This document shows, one piece after another, positions 27,573-37,689 of a stretch of DNA of 64,000 bases. The stretch covers positions 16,446 through 80,445 of the forward strand of contig JANRLW010000062.1 of assembly GCA_033762295.1 (NCBI GenBank). Reading direction: 5' to 3'. Under the pieces are notes generated by a model. It was given only the letters and a program-made list of their open reading frames with translations. It was not told the DNA's origin and made no database searches. Within the stretch, counting starts at the first letter, position 1; each line of letters begins with the position of its first letter. The stretch is from Capsulimonadales bacterium (GTDB lineage: Bacteria; Armatimonadota; Armatimonadia; Armatimonadales; Armatimonadaceae). The translations under genes and the position numbers were made by a program.

Positions 27573-29984
27573 TTACCGCCAGCGAACGACCGTGACGGAG
27601 CGCGGCGCGATGTTCAGGCGGAATGCCGGCGAACCGTTCTCCCGGATCACCGGCAGCGCCGCCTTAGTTCGCCGGGGCGCAATTCGTTCCGGCGTCTCGA
27701 ACGAGTTTTCCGCCGAAAGCGCCTCCCCGGTCAGGGTCGTTATCTCCGCCATCACCGTCCCTGCGTCGGCGTCCGCCCTGCCGGAAAGCGCGACGACCGC
27801 CGTCTGCGCGGTCTCCGCTCCGTTGACGACCTTCAGAACATAGTCCCTTCCCGCCCGACCCACAACGGCGTGGAACAGCGGCGTTCCCGGCTCCTCGAAC
27901 GTATGCACCGCTTTCCCATCCAGGAAACAGACGATGCGAGGGCCGCGAACCTCAACCCGGATGTCGTACCATCGCCCGGTCTCGATGCGCCCCTGTGTCT
28001 CCGCTCCGGGTGGTATGCTTTTGCCGCCATTGTGCATGCGTTCGACGGCATGGCGTGTATTTCCCCACCCTCCCAGATTCCACCAGTACAGGTTGCGATC
28101 GTCCCCGGCCCGGAACAGGATCAGAAAACCTTCCGCCCCGCCCGTCTTGCGCGCTTTCAGTGACAGCGTGTAATCGCCCCAGGACGCGTCTCCGAACATG
28201 ATCCGCCGATCGTTGCCCGACTCGGTCTGCGACAGCACGTCGCCCTGCCGGTTCCAGGTTCCCGACACGATCCGTTCCCCCGTCAACGGGAACGGGGTTC
28301 CGTCGACGCCGGTGACCGTCACGTCCCGAAACTCCGCCTGCGTGTCCCACGTGCCGAGTCCCACCGCACCCCGGAGCGGCGGCTGCAACGACGTCGCTTT
28401 CCGACTCGCCTCCGTCATTTCCAGGGTTGTCGGCAGGGAAACCTCCGGGCGGGCATGAGCGAACAATCGCTGAACGTGGTAGGAGGGAGTTCCGAAGACC
28501 GATCCGCTGTTGAAGACGATCGCATCCGGGTTCCAGGCGCGATTCTCTGCCCGGACGAACAGCGGCGCATAGGACGACATCGAGACGACATCGGCGTTTC
28601 GCTCCATGCCGATCATAAAGGCGGCCTCGCCGAGCGCCGCATGCAGGTTCCCCGTGCCCGCCCCCTGCGTGACGGCGTACTCGCCCACATAGACCTTCGG
28701 CCCGGTTCGGGGATAGTCATCGTAACGTCGGGCGTTGCGGAAGAAGAAATCCGGGTCGCTGTAGTAATGTTCATCGATCAGGTCGTACGGTCGACTCTTC
28801 GGCGCGCCCCCCCACAGATCGGCGATAATCCGCACCTCGGGATGGTGTTTCCGCAGGGCATCGACGAACAGGGCGAACCGCTCGTCGTAGGCCGGACCGC
28901 CGTTTTCGTTGCCGATCTCGATAAACTTCAACCCGAACGGCTTCGGATGGCCCTGCTGCGCCCGCAGCGCTCCCCATTTTGAGGTGACCGGACCGTTCGC
29001 ATACTCGATCGCATCCAGCGCATCCTGCACCCACGGCCCCATCTCGGCCATCGGGACGACGTCCCGGTGGGCCATACCGCAGTTCACAACCAGCAGCGGG
29101 ACCGCTCCGACGTCCTCACAGAACTGCAGATATTCGTGGTAGCCCAGTCCTTCCGTCGAACGATACCCCCACAGGCAGGCGCGACTCGGCCGAGATTCGA
29201 TCGGCCCGATCGTGTTCTTCCAGCGAAAGGCCGACGCCATCGTCTCGCCCTCGACGAAGCAGCCGCCGGGGAAGCGCAGGAAGGCGGGCCTCATCGCCGC
29301 GACGGTCGTGGCCAGATCGGGGCGCAGTCCGTTCGGGCGGTTTTTGTACGTCTCGGGAAACAGCGAGACCATATCGAGGAAGACGGTCCCGACGCCCCGG
29401 GTCGCCAGAACCAGATGGGCGTCCGTCGCGTCCGCCGTCGGCTTCAGAACCGCCGTCTGCCGTTTCCAGTCCGCGCCGGGCGCGGTCAGGGGCGCTTTCG
29501 CCAGGGTTTTCCCGAGACGATCCTGCAGGCGCACCTCGATCGGCCCACGGAACCCCGGTGTCGCGCGGGCGAGGAGCGAGAAGTCGTACCGCTTCCCTTT
29601 TCGCAGGGTGATTCCCCAGTAGCCGGTATTGGAAAGCGTCACTTCGCCCGGATTGGAGGTGATTTCCAGCCGCAGAGAGGTCGGGTTGTTCGCATGGACC
29701 GATGGACTGCGGTCCTGCCGCCAGGTCGCGCTACCGCCCTCGCTCACATTCAATGCCCAGGCGTCGGTTCCGTCGCGTCCGTCCTCGAACGAGCGGTTCC
29801 TTACCAGTTCGCCATACAGCCCGCCGTCGCCGGCATGGTTTATCTCCTCGAAGAAGACCCCGTAGAGGTAAGGACTGACCGGGGTGCCCGAGGCGCGGGC
29901 ATCGGCCCGAATCACGATCGGCGCGGGCTGCGCAAGGACCGGGGCCGCTCCGAAAACCGCCAGCATGGCCGGAATCCGTTTCAT
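27573..29984 (-). CDS. Alpha-L-arabinofuranosidase (GH51), secreted, with extra beta-sandwich insertion
   Basis: FFEEINHAGDGGLYGELVRNRSFE, RFPGGCFVEG, IEIGNEN, VGEYA. Confidence 0.92.
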   Translation of the reverse strand: MKRIPAMLAVFGAAPVLAQPAPIVIRADARASGTPVSPYLYGVFFEEINHAGDGGLYGELVRNRSFEDGRDGTDAWALNVSEGGSATWRQDRSPSVHANNPTSLRLEITSNPGEVTLSNTGYWGITLRKGKRYDFSLLARATPGFRGPIEVRLQDRLGKTLAKAPLTAPGADWKRQTAVLKPTADATDAHLVLATRGVGTVFLDMVSLFPETYKNRPNGLRPDLATTVAAMRPAFLRFPGGCFVEGETMASAFRWKNTIGPIESRPSRACLWGYRSTEGLGYHEYLQFCEDVGAVPLLVVNCGMAHRDVVPMAEMGPWVQDALDAIEYANGPVTSKWGALRAQQGHPKPFGLKFIEIGNENGGPAYDERFALFVDALRKHHPEVRIIADLWGGAPKSRPYDLIDEHYYSDPDFFFRNARRYDDYPRTGPKVYVGEYAVTQGAGTGNLHAALGEAAFMIGMERNADVVSMSSYAPLFVRAENRAWNPDAIVFNSGSVFGTPSYHVQRLFAHARPEVSLPTTLEMTEASRKATSLQPPLRGAVGLGTWDTQAEFRDVTVTGVDGTPFPLTGERIVSGTWNRQGDVLSQTESGNDRRIMFGDASWGDYTLSLKARKTGGAEGFLILFRAGDDRNLYWWNLGGWGNTRHAVERMHNGGKSIPPGAETQGRIETGRWYDIRVEVRGPRIVCFLDGKAVHTFEEPGTPLFHAVVGRAGRDYVLKVVNGAETAQTAVVALSGRADADAGTVMAEITTLTGEALSAENSFETPERIAPRRTKAALPVIRENGSPAFRLNIAPRSVTVVRWR

Positions 29985-30238
29985 AAAACACCGTTTCATG
30001 GTGGGTAAATTCCCTGCGCCAGCGGAAGGATTCCTTCTCGCGACGCACCGCTTCGCTTCCCCGGTACGTGTCCGGTCGGTGAAATAGTCCTCCACCCGGC
30101 AGGAATCTCGCTTCGCACAGGCGAACAAGACGGCGGTGACCCGAAGGCTCTCCGCCGACCGGTCACGCTCTTAATACGGGTTCGCCCCGGCAGACGTACG
30201 GCTCGATTCGGCCTCTGCCGGCTTCTAAGGAGGGTAGC

Positions 30239-31291
30239 TTGTTCCACACGGGTCATTCGCGCCGCGCCGCGCTTCGTCTTTTGGGAATCGCCGGATTCTG
30301 CCTGCTGCCGTTCTCGCTGGGCTGCCCGGCGGCGGAGAACCCCGCCCCCGGTGAATCCGCCTCTCCGGCGACCGCCCCGGACGGCTCTCCCGCCGCGTCG
30401 ACCACGAGCGGGAAATCCCTGAAGCTCGCCTTCGTCACCAACAACGCCTCCGATTTCTGGACCATCGCCCGCAAAGGCGTCGAAAAGGCGGACACCGAAC
30501 TGGACAACGTGACGACCGAGTTCGTTATCCCGTCCGACGGTACCGCCGCCGAACAGCGTCAGAAAGTCGATGACCTCCTGACCAAAGGCATCGACGGCTT
30601 CGCCATCTCCCCGGTCGATCCGGCCAACCAGACCCAGATGCTCAACGAGGCGGCCAAAAAGACCCTGGTCGTCACGCAGGACTCCGACGCGCCGGAGTCC
30701 GAACGCCTCTGTTACGTCGGCACCGATAACGTGGCGGCAGGGAAACAGGCCGGCGACCTGATCAAGGAAGCCCTTCCGAACGGCGGAAAGGTCATGCTGT
30801 TCGTCGGCAAGAAGGACGCCCAGAACGCCAAGGAGCGCGAACAGGGGATCCGGGAATCGCTTCAGGGCAGCAAAGTGGAGATCCTCGATGTTCGCACCGA
30901 CGATACCGACCGAGTCCGCGCCAAAGCCAACGTCGCCGATACCCTGGTCAAGTACTCCGACATCGCCGGACTTGTCGGCCTCTGGAGCTACAACGGCCCG
31001 GCGATTCTGAACGCCACCCGCGAAGCCGGGAAACTGGGCAAGGTAAAGATCATCTGCTTCGACGAGGAGGAGGAGACGCTTGCCGGTGTGAAGGAGGGAC
31101 ACATCTCCGGGACCATCGTCCAGCAGCCCTACGAATTCGGGTACCAAAGCATCCTGCTCCTGGCAAAGGTCGCGGGCGGCGATCGGTCCGTGGTCCCCGC
31201 CGACAAGAAGAAGATCATTCCCACGCTCATCATCCGGAAAGATCAGGTCGACGAGTTCTCCGCGAAACTCAAGGAACTGCGCGGGAAGTAG
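30239..31291 (+). CDS. Sugar ABC transporter substrate-binding lipoprotein
   Basis: Lipobox SLGC; FVTNNASDFW, YVGTDN, CFDE, QQPYEFG. Confidence 0.9.
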   Translation: MFHTGHSRRAALRLLGIAGFCLLPFSLGCPAAENPAPGESASPATAPDGSPAASTTSGKSLKLAFVTNNASDFWTIARKGVEKADTELDNVTTEFVIPSDGTAAEQRQKVDDLLTKGIDGFAISPVDPANQTQMLNEAAKKTLVVTQDSDAPESERLCYVGTDNVAAGKQAGDLIKEALPNGGKVMLFVGKKDAQNAKEREQGIRESLQGSKVEILDVRTDDTDRVRAKANVADTLVKYSDIAGLVGLWSYNGPAILNATREAGKLGKVKIICFDEEEETLAGVKEGHISGTIVQQPYEFGYQSILLLAKVAGGDRSVVPADKKKIIPTLIIRKDQVDEFSAKLKELRGK

Positions 31292-31304
31292 GCGGAGCCG
31301 TCGA

Positions 31305-32858
31305 TTGAACCCCTCACCGGAATCCGATGCCCCGCTGCTCGCCATGCGGGGCATCACCAAACGCTTCGGCGGCGTCGCCGCCCTCACCGACGTTTCCCTC
31401 TCCGTCCGTCGCGGCGAAATCCTGGCCCTGATCGGTGAAAACGGCGCGGGCAAATCCACCCTGATGAAAGTCCTCGGCGGGGTTCATCGCCCGGACGCCG
31501 GGGAACTGCTCTGGGAAGGTCAGCCGGTACGTATCGGGTCCGTCACGGACGCGTCCCGCCTCGGGATCGCCTTCATTCACCAGGAATTGACCGTCCTCGA
31601 CAATCTGGATGTCGCCGGGAACGTCTTTCTCGGACGCGAGCCGCGACGGAACGGCTGGCTGCTCGATCGGGCGAAGATGGAGGAAGTGACCTCCGGACTG
31701 CTCGTCCGCCTTGGTTTAAACGTCGCTCCGACCACCCCGGTCGCCGCTCTCTCCCTCGCGCAGCGACAGATGGTCGAAATCGCCCGCGCCCTGTCACAGG
31801 CGTCCCGGCTGATTATTATGGATGAGCCGACCGCCAGTCTGACCCCGGCCGAAACCGATCGCCTTCTGGAAGTCACCCGGGACCTGCGGCAGGCGCAGGG
31901 CGTCAGCATCATCTACATCTCCCACCGCCTCGGCGAAATCGTTCGACTGGCCGACCGGGTGACCGGACTGCGGGACGGCAAAAACGCCGGGGACCTGACC
32001 AGGGAGGAGATCTCCCAGGAACGCATGGTGCGCCTGATGGTCGGGCGGGACATCCTGCGGGAACGCAGCGAGCCGGTGCGGGAGGATCTGTCCGTCCGCC
32101 TGGAGGTTCGCGACCTTCGCACCCGGCGTTACCCCACCCGAACCGTCTCTTTCACGCTCCGCGCCGGGGAGATTCTCGGTTTTGCCGGCCTGGTCGGCGC
32201 CGGTCGAACCGAACTCGCCGAGGCGGTGTTCGGGATCGCGCCTCCCCTGTCCGGCGAGATTCTTCTGGATGGGCAGCCAAGATCGATCCGTCAGCCGCAC
32301 GACGCCATGGCGGCGGGCATCGCCCTCGTCCCGGAGGACCGCCGCCGTCATGGCCTCATTCTCTCCCTTCCGATTCGGGAAAATATCACCCTGCCGTCGC
32401 TGCGTGATCTGGCCGCTCCGAAAAGCCTCCTCGGACTGGTGAATCCGGGCGAGGAGCGAACCGTCGCCGGGGAGGCCGCCCGCCGCGCCGATGTACGCTC
32501 CGCCGCCGCCACCATTGAGGCGCCGGCCACCACGCTCTCCGGCGGCAACCAGCAAAAAGTCGTTCTGGCGAAATGGCTCGCCCGTCAGCCAAGGGTGGTC
32601 ATTCTGGACGAGCCAACAAGGGGCGTCGATGTCGGAGCGAAGGCGCAGATTTACGAACGCATCCGCAAACTGGCGCACGAGGAGAATGTCGCCATCTGGG
32701 TGATATCCTCCGATATGGAGGAGGTCCTCACCCTCTGCGACCGGATCGCCGTCCTGCACGAGGGCGCCATCACGGGCTTTCTCACCGGAAGCGAGGCGAC
32801 CGAGGAGAGCATCATGCGCCTCGCCGTCGGCCAGGGAGCGCAGGGAAAGAACGTATGA
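31305..32858 (+). CDS. Sugar ABC transporter ATP-binding protein (RbsA-like, two ABC domains)
   Basis: GENGAGKST, LSGGNQQK, DEPTRGVDVG. Confidence 0.94.
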   Translation: MNPSPESDAPLLAMRGITKRFGGVAALTDVSLSVRRGEILALIGENGAGKSTLMKVLGGVHRPDAGELLWEGQPVRIGSVTDASRLGIAFIHQELTVLDNLDVAGNVFLGREPRRNGWLLDRAKMEEVTSGLLVRLGLNVAPTTPVAALSLAQRQMVEIARALSQASRLIIMDEPTASLTPAETDRLLEVTRDLRQAQGVSIIYISHRLGEIVRLADRVTGLRDGKNAGDLTREEISQERMVRLMVGRDILRERSEPVREDLSVRLEVRDLRTRRYPTRTVSFTLRAGEILGFAGLVGAGRTELAEAVFGIAPPLSGEILLDGQPRSIRQPHDAMAAGIALVPEDRRRHGLILSLPIRENITLPSLRDLAAPKSLLGLVNPGEERTVAGEAARRADVRSAAATIEAPATTLSGGNQQKVVLAKWLARQPRVVILDEPTRGVDVGAKAQIYERIRKLAHEENVAIWVISSDMEEVLTLCDRIAVLHEGAITGFLTGSEATEESIMRLAVGQGAQGKNV

Positions 32859-33796
32859 AAAAAGAACTCGGTCTCCTGATATTGCTCGTCGTGCTCTGTG
32901 GAACGGTCGCCCTCCTCAACCATGACTTCCTCAGCGCGGTCAACCTGCAAAACACCGCGCGACTGATCGGGATGTACGGCATCTTCAGCCTCGGGCTGGG
33001 ATTCGTCATCATCACCGGCGGCATCGACCTCTCCGTCGGCTCGGTCCTTGCCCTGCTCGGCGTTCTTCTCTCAATGGCGCTGACCGAATGGCGCTGGCCC
33101 GCCGCCGTCGCCGTCCTGTTCATCGTCCTGATGGGGGTCTTTCTCGGAACGATCCACGGTCTGTTTATCACCCGCGTCAAACTGCAGCCGTTTATCGTCA
33201 CCCTGTGCGGCCTGCTATTCTATCGGGGGCTGGCTCGCTTCATCTCGCGTGACGAGACCAAGGGGTTCGGCGACGCTTCCGGGTTCAAGGGACTGCAGGA
33301 AGCGCTGACCGGGAAAATTTTCGGCGTCCCGATGCCGTTCGTCTTCCTGTTGTTCCTGGCCGCGATCCTCGCCGTGGTGCTGCACCGCTCGGTCTACGGG
33401 CGACATCTGCTGGCTCTCGGGCGCAACGAGGAGGCCGCCCGGTATGTCGGCATCGCGACCGACCGGATCACGCTCAGTGTCTACGTCCTGTCGGGCGGGT
33501 TAGCCGGCGTCGCCGCTCTGTTCGTCGCCTTCTATACCAATTCGGTCTCGCCCTCGTCCCACGGTAATTTCTATGAACTGTACGGCATCGCGGCGGCGGT
33601 TCTGGGCGGATGTTCGCTTCGGGGAGGCGAGGGGTCGGTCGGCGGCATCCTGATCGGCACGGCCCTGCTTCAGGTGCTGCAGAATCTGGTCAACCTGCTG
33701 GGCATCCCGTCGTCGCTCAACTTCGCCGTTATGGGAGCGGTGATTCTGATCGGGGTTACTCTGGACCAATTGCTCTCGAAACGTCGGAAAGCATAG
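32855..33796 (+). CDS. Sugar ABC transporter permease (RbsC-like)
   Basis: GGIDLSVGS, PFIVTL, YELYGIAAAVLGGCSL; ATGA overlap. Confidence 0.93.
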   Translation: MKKELGLLILLVVLCGTVALLNHDFLSAVNLQNTARLIGMYGIFSLGLGFVIITGGIDLSVGSVLALLGVLLSMALTEWRWPAAVAVLFIVLMGVFLGTIHGLFITRVKLQPFIVTLCGLLFYRGLARFISRDETKGFGDASGFKGLQEALTGKIFGVPMPFVFLLFLAAILAVVLHRSVYGRHLLALGRNEEAARYVGIATDRITLSVYVLSGGLAGVAALFVAFYTNSVSPSSHGNFYELYGIAAAVLGGCSLRGGEGSVGGILIGTALLQVLQNLVNLLGIPSSLNFAVMGAVILIGVTLDQLLSKRRKA

Positions 33797-33855
33797 CGAA
33801 AGCGGGAGTTTGGCAAGTGAACCGGGGCAGGAGTTCCCTCCGCCCCGGTCGATAC

Positions 33856-34650
33856 CTACGCCGAACGGCGACGGCGGGCGAACCACAGACCGGCGGCCAT
33901 CGGCAGCATCAGCGCCAGGCTGTCCGCTTCCGGCGCGGCGGCCGTGATCGTGCGCAGACCGGTGATGAACGTGGTATTCTCTCCGCCGTTCGCCAGACCG
34001 GGCGTCACGTCGCCGGTGGCGACCCCGGTCGTCCAGTTGGCCGTATTGGTGATTCCGGCGAGGCTTCCGTTGAAGACATAGCCCGTGTTATTGGTGCTCG
34101 CGCCGAAATCGACATCCGCCGCCGGGGTAAATCCCCCCACGGTCGTTCCGATATCGATCCCGAAACCGTCCGCGGAAATCGTTGCACCGGTCGCAACGGT
34201 ATCGACCCAGACCACGTCGTTGGCGGCGATATCTCCGGTGTTGCCCGTGTTCGCGTTCGGCAGGAAACTCCCGTTACCGGTCAGAAGCAGGCTCCAGTCG
34301 CCCGCCGTCGGGTCATAGGAAGTATCCTGAGCGAAACGCCCGGTTCCGCCGACGGCGATAATCGTCCCTTTTCGGAAGATCGACGCGATCGATCCCATGT
34401 TGGTGAACTCGTACGCCGCAAACTTGTTGTTCTTCGCGGTAGTCGAATCCCCGACAAAGAAGGTTTCCAGTTCGGTCGACGTCAGGTCCTCAATCAGGAG
34501 CAGTTCGATGTATTCATCGCCGGTTCCCTGCAGCGTCCCACCACGGTAGAACTCATTGATGACGATCTTCTGCGCCCGCGCGGCCGACATCGGGCCGATG
34601 CAGAGCGTGACCGCGGCCAGAGCGGCAAATCCCATCCGGCTTTTCAACAT
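33856..34650 (-). CDS. Secreted protein with PEP-CTERM-like sorting signal
   Basis: Signal peptide ending ARA-Q; IVINEF (lamin-tail-like start); C-terminus APEADSLALMLPMAAGLWFARRRRSA. Confidence 0.82.
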   Translation of the reverse strand: MLKSRMGFAALAAVTLCIGPMSAARAQKIVINEFYRGGTLQGTGDEYIELLLIEDLTSTELETFFVGDSTTAKNNKFAAYEFTNMGSIASIFRKGTIIAVGGTGRFAQDTSYDPTAGDWSLLLTGNGSFLPNANTGNTGDIAANDVVWVDTVATGATISADGFGIDIGTTVGGFTPAADVDFGASTNNTGYVFNGSLAGITNTANWTTGVATGDVTPGLANGGENTTFITGLRTITAAAPEADSLALMLPMAAGLWFARRRRSA

Positions 34651-34890
34651 AGATTGGCACCCCGTCATTCGTATTTTGTGCGGCAATAATGGCGAAACCG
34701 GCGTTTTTTCACGCAGGTTTGCGCCGGGCGCACTCCGACGATTATACCCATCGCTCCCTCGGGGGTGACCTACGAAATATTAACAAAAGATTAAATTTCC
34801 GAAGACTTCATTGGACTCGCGACACCGCGGAAACACGTCCGGCACGCAGGAAACCTTTTCCCCACGGGTGAAATTGACAGCGATAACGCC

Positions 34891-36345
34891 ATGACCCGTC
34901 GACAATTTCTGGCCGCCTCCGTACTGGCAACGCATATGAAGAATCCTGCGCCCGCTCCCTATGGTATTCTGCCGTCCGAACGTCAGCTGCGCTGGCATAC
35001 GCTGGAGTACTACGGCTTCCTGCACTTCACCACGAATACCTTCACCGACCGGGAATGGGGATATGGCGACGAAGACCCCGCCGTCTTCGCCCCGACCGAT
35101 TTCGACGCCGACCGGATCGCCGCCGTCGCGCACGAAGTCGGACTGCGCGGACTGATCCTGACCGCGAAACATCACGACGGTTTCTGCCTCTGGCCGACGA
35201 AAACGACGACGCACAATGTGACCCTCAGTCCGTTCCGGGACGGCAAGGGGGATGTCGTCCGTGAGATGGCGGACGCCTGTCGGCGACACCGGGTCAAATT
35301 CGGCGTTTACCTGTCCCCCTGGGACCGGAACCACCCGCACTACGGAGAGCCGAAGTATGTCGATGTCTACCGGGAACAGCTCAGGGAACTGCTGACGAAC
35401 TACGGCGAACTGTTCGAAATCTGGCACGACGGAGCGAACGGAGGCGACGGGTACTACGGAGGCGTGCGCGAGAAACGGCAGATCGATCGGCGAACGTATT
35501 ACGGCTGGGAGGAGACCTGGGCGATGGCTCGCGAACTCCAGCCCAACGCCGTCATCTTTTCCGATGTCGGTCCCGATATCCGCTGGGTCGGCAACGAAAA
35601 CGGAATTGCCGGGGAACCCTGCTGGGCAACCTACGATCCGGTCGGTGAGGACGGAGGCCCGCCCGCGCCGGGGTATACCCGGTGGCAGGAGGCCCCGCAA
35701 GGACACCGGAACCGCGGACGCTGGCTCCCCGCCGAATGCGACGTCAGCATCCGACCCGGCTGGTTCTGGCATGAATCGGAAAACGATCGGGTGCGGACCC
35801 CGGAGAACCTGCTGGACCTCTACTTCCGGTCGGTCGGACGGGGCGGTTCCCTGCTGCTCAACATCCCGCCGGACCGACGCGGCCACTGGCATGAAAACGA
35901 TGTCGCCGCCCTGCGCGGGTTCAAAAAACTCCGGGATTCCGTCTTCGGGCGAGACCTGGCCCGAACCGCAACGGCGACGGCGAGCCATGTCCGGGCCGGA
36001 GATCGCCGCTTCGATCCGCGCAACCTCCTCAACGGCAAACCGGACACCTACTGGACGACCGACGACGACGCGTCGAATCCGACCGTAACGCTGACTCTGA
36101 AAAAGCCCGCCCCGTTCAACGTCGTCCGCCTCCGCGAGTATCTGCCCCTCGGTCAGCGAGTGGACACGTTTGCGATCGATATCCGGGAGAACGACGGCTG
36201 GAAGGAGGTGGCGCAGGCGGAGGGGATCGGTAGCTGTCGGATGGTTCGCATCCCGACGGTCACCGTCGACCAGGTTCGTCTGCGCATCGTCAAAGCGGCC
36301 GCCTGCCCGGCTCTCACCGAGTTCGGGCTATTCGCCGCCCCCTGA
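34891..36345 (+). CDS. Alpha-L-fucosidase (GH29), Tat signal, C-terminal F5/8-like domain
   Basis: MTRRQFL; LTAKHHDGFCLWP, YLSPWD, WHDGA, ECDVSIRPGWFWH. Confidence 0.93.
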   Translation: MTRRQFLAASVLATHMKNPAPAPYGILPSERQLRWHTLEYYGFLHFTTNTFTDREWGYGDEDPAVFAPTDFDADRIAAVAHEVGLRGLILTAKHHDGFCLWPTKTTTHNVTLSPFRDGKGDVVREMADACRRHRVKFGVYLSPWDRNHPHYGEPKYVDVYREQLRELLTNYGELFEIWHDGANGGDGYYGGVREKRQIDRRTYYGWEETWAMARELQPNAVIFSDVGPDIRWVGNENGIAGEPCWATYDPVGEDGGPPAPGYTRWQEAPQGHRNRGRWLPAECDVSIRPGWFWHESENDRVRTPENLLDLYFRSVGRGGSLLLNIPPDRRGHWHENDVAALRGFKKLRDSVFGRDLARTATATASHVRAGDRRFDPRNLLNGKPDTYWTTDDDASNPTVTLTLKKPAPFNVVRLREYLPLGQRVDTFAIDIRENDGWKEVAQAEGIGSCRMVRIPTVTVDQVRLRIVKAAACPALTEFGLFAAP

Positions 36346-36384
36346 ACGGACCGACCGGGCGACCCGCCGCCCGGCAGGGTTCTC

Positions 36385-36822
36385 TCAGTGCGTCTGACAG
36401 CTTCGACAGGTCAGGCAGAGATACTGGTTGAACAGATGCGCGCCGGCCACGATCAGTCCGCCGACCACGACCGCCGGAACGCCCCAGGGACCGATATGGC
36501 GGCTTTCGAGGATACGCCCGACCGAGGCAAGGCCGATACCGACGCTCAAAAGCGTCAGGGCGCGGCGCGAACGATGGGTACGGAATCCCAGACAGAGCGA
36601 AACGATACCGACCGTCGCCGAAAGCGCGAGCAGCCCCCATTCCACCCGTTCGTCCGCCAGGAAGGAAAGACCGATCAACGGAAGCAGGGTGACCACGAGC
36701 GGCATCAACGCGCAGTGAACCGCGCAGGCGATCGACGCCGTGGCTCCGACCCTGTCCAGAACATCGACGGTCGCTGTCGGCCGATCGGCCGCGGGCTTTT
36801 CCGGATTCGCTCTTCCTTCCAT
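36385..36822 (-). CDS. MerC-domain membrane protein
   Basis: LDRVGATASIACAVHC...H; four TM segments; C-terminal CxxCxxC. Confidence 0.88.
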   Translation of the reverse strand: MEGRANPEKPAADRPTATVDVLDRVGATASIACAVHCALMPLVVTLLPLIGLSFLADERVEWGLLALSATVGIVSLCLGFRTHRSRRALTLLSVGIGLASVGRILESRHIGPWGVPAVVVGGLIVAGAHLFNQYLCLTCRSCQTH

Positions 36823-36836
36823 AAGACCCCCCCCAG

Positions 36837-36853
36837 ATGCAAACTGATTACAT
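36837..36853. promoter_or_regulatory. Fur/Zur-like palindromic operator
   Basis: ATGCAA-ACTGA-TTACAT between a TGnTATAAA -10 and the RBS of the merC-like gene. Confidence 0.55.
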
Positions 36854-37032
36854 TTATACCATCGGCGGCCCGATTTTGCACATACTACTTTTTCGCGCGG
36901 TTTATCATCGCCAATAATTCACAACAACAAATAAAATGCGCGAAAAGCGCCCTTCGGAGTGCGCCGTGTGCGCCCCTCACCGCAGATGTGCCATAATCAG
37001 GGAATGCGGGTCAACCCCGTCGGTTTCGAATC

Positions 37033-37689
37033 ATGGCCTACCTGCAATCCCTGCTTCACGAAATCCTGCGCAGCATGACGCCCCTGGAACTGGTCGCGGC
37101 GGCGACCAGCCTCCTCTGCGTCTACCTGACCGTGCGGAATAACATATGGAACTGGTTCTGGGGCTTTATCGGCGTTATTCTCTACGGTTGGATCTTCTGG
37201 CAATACCGCAATTATGCTAACACCGGACTGCAAATTCTGTACTTTCTGCCGATTCAGTTTTATGGATGGCGGGTCTGGCTCAAGGGCAACCCGGCGCAGG
37301 ACGACGCCCTCCCGATCTCCGTCCTCAGTAACCGGGAACGGGTCCTCTGGACCGGCGCGATGGCCGCACTGACCATGGCCCTCTATTTCGTGTTGCTGCG
37401 GACCAACGATCCCCTGCCCTTCGCCGATGGCCTGACCACGGCGATGAGTATCGTCGCCCAGTATCTTCAGGTCCATAAACGTTTCGAAAACTGGCTGATC
37501 TGGATCGCCGCCGACCTGATCTATGCCTTCTACATCTTTCCCGTACAACATCTTTATGTGTCTATGGGACTGTATATTGTCTTCACCGTCCTGGCGACGC
37601 TCGGCGCGATTCAATGGTGGCGATTGTACCGGACGCAGCGGGAACCCGATTTGACGGAGACGCCCAACGGGGATAAAACAGGGGTATGA
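37033..37689 (+). CDS. pnuC: PnuC-family (nicotinamide riboside-type) transporter
   Basis: NIWNWFWG, YGWRVW, PFADGLTT, ENWLIWIAAD. Confidence 0.88.
   Translation: MAYLQSLLHEILRSMTPLELVAAATSLLCVYLTVRNNIWNWFWGFIGVILYGWIFWQYRNYANTGLQILYFLPIQFYGWRVWLKGNPAQDDALPISVLSNRERVLWTGAMAALTMALYFVLLRTNDPLPFADGLTTAMSIVAQYLQVHKRFENWLIWIAADLIYAFYIFPVQHLYVSMGLYIVFTVLATLGAIQWWRLYRTQREPDLTETPNGDKTGV

Noticed and set aside
29990..30238. Structured RNA between GH51 and the sugar-binding protein gene
   Set aside because: Only short GC stems (CCGGCAGA/TCTGCCGG), compatible with chance at this GC content.
36385..36822. Mercury resistance operon
   Set aside because: Only a MerC-domain gene; no merA, merR, merT or merP.
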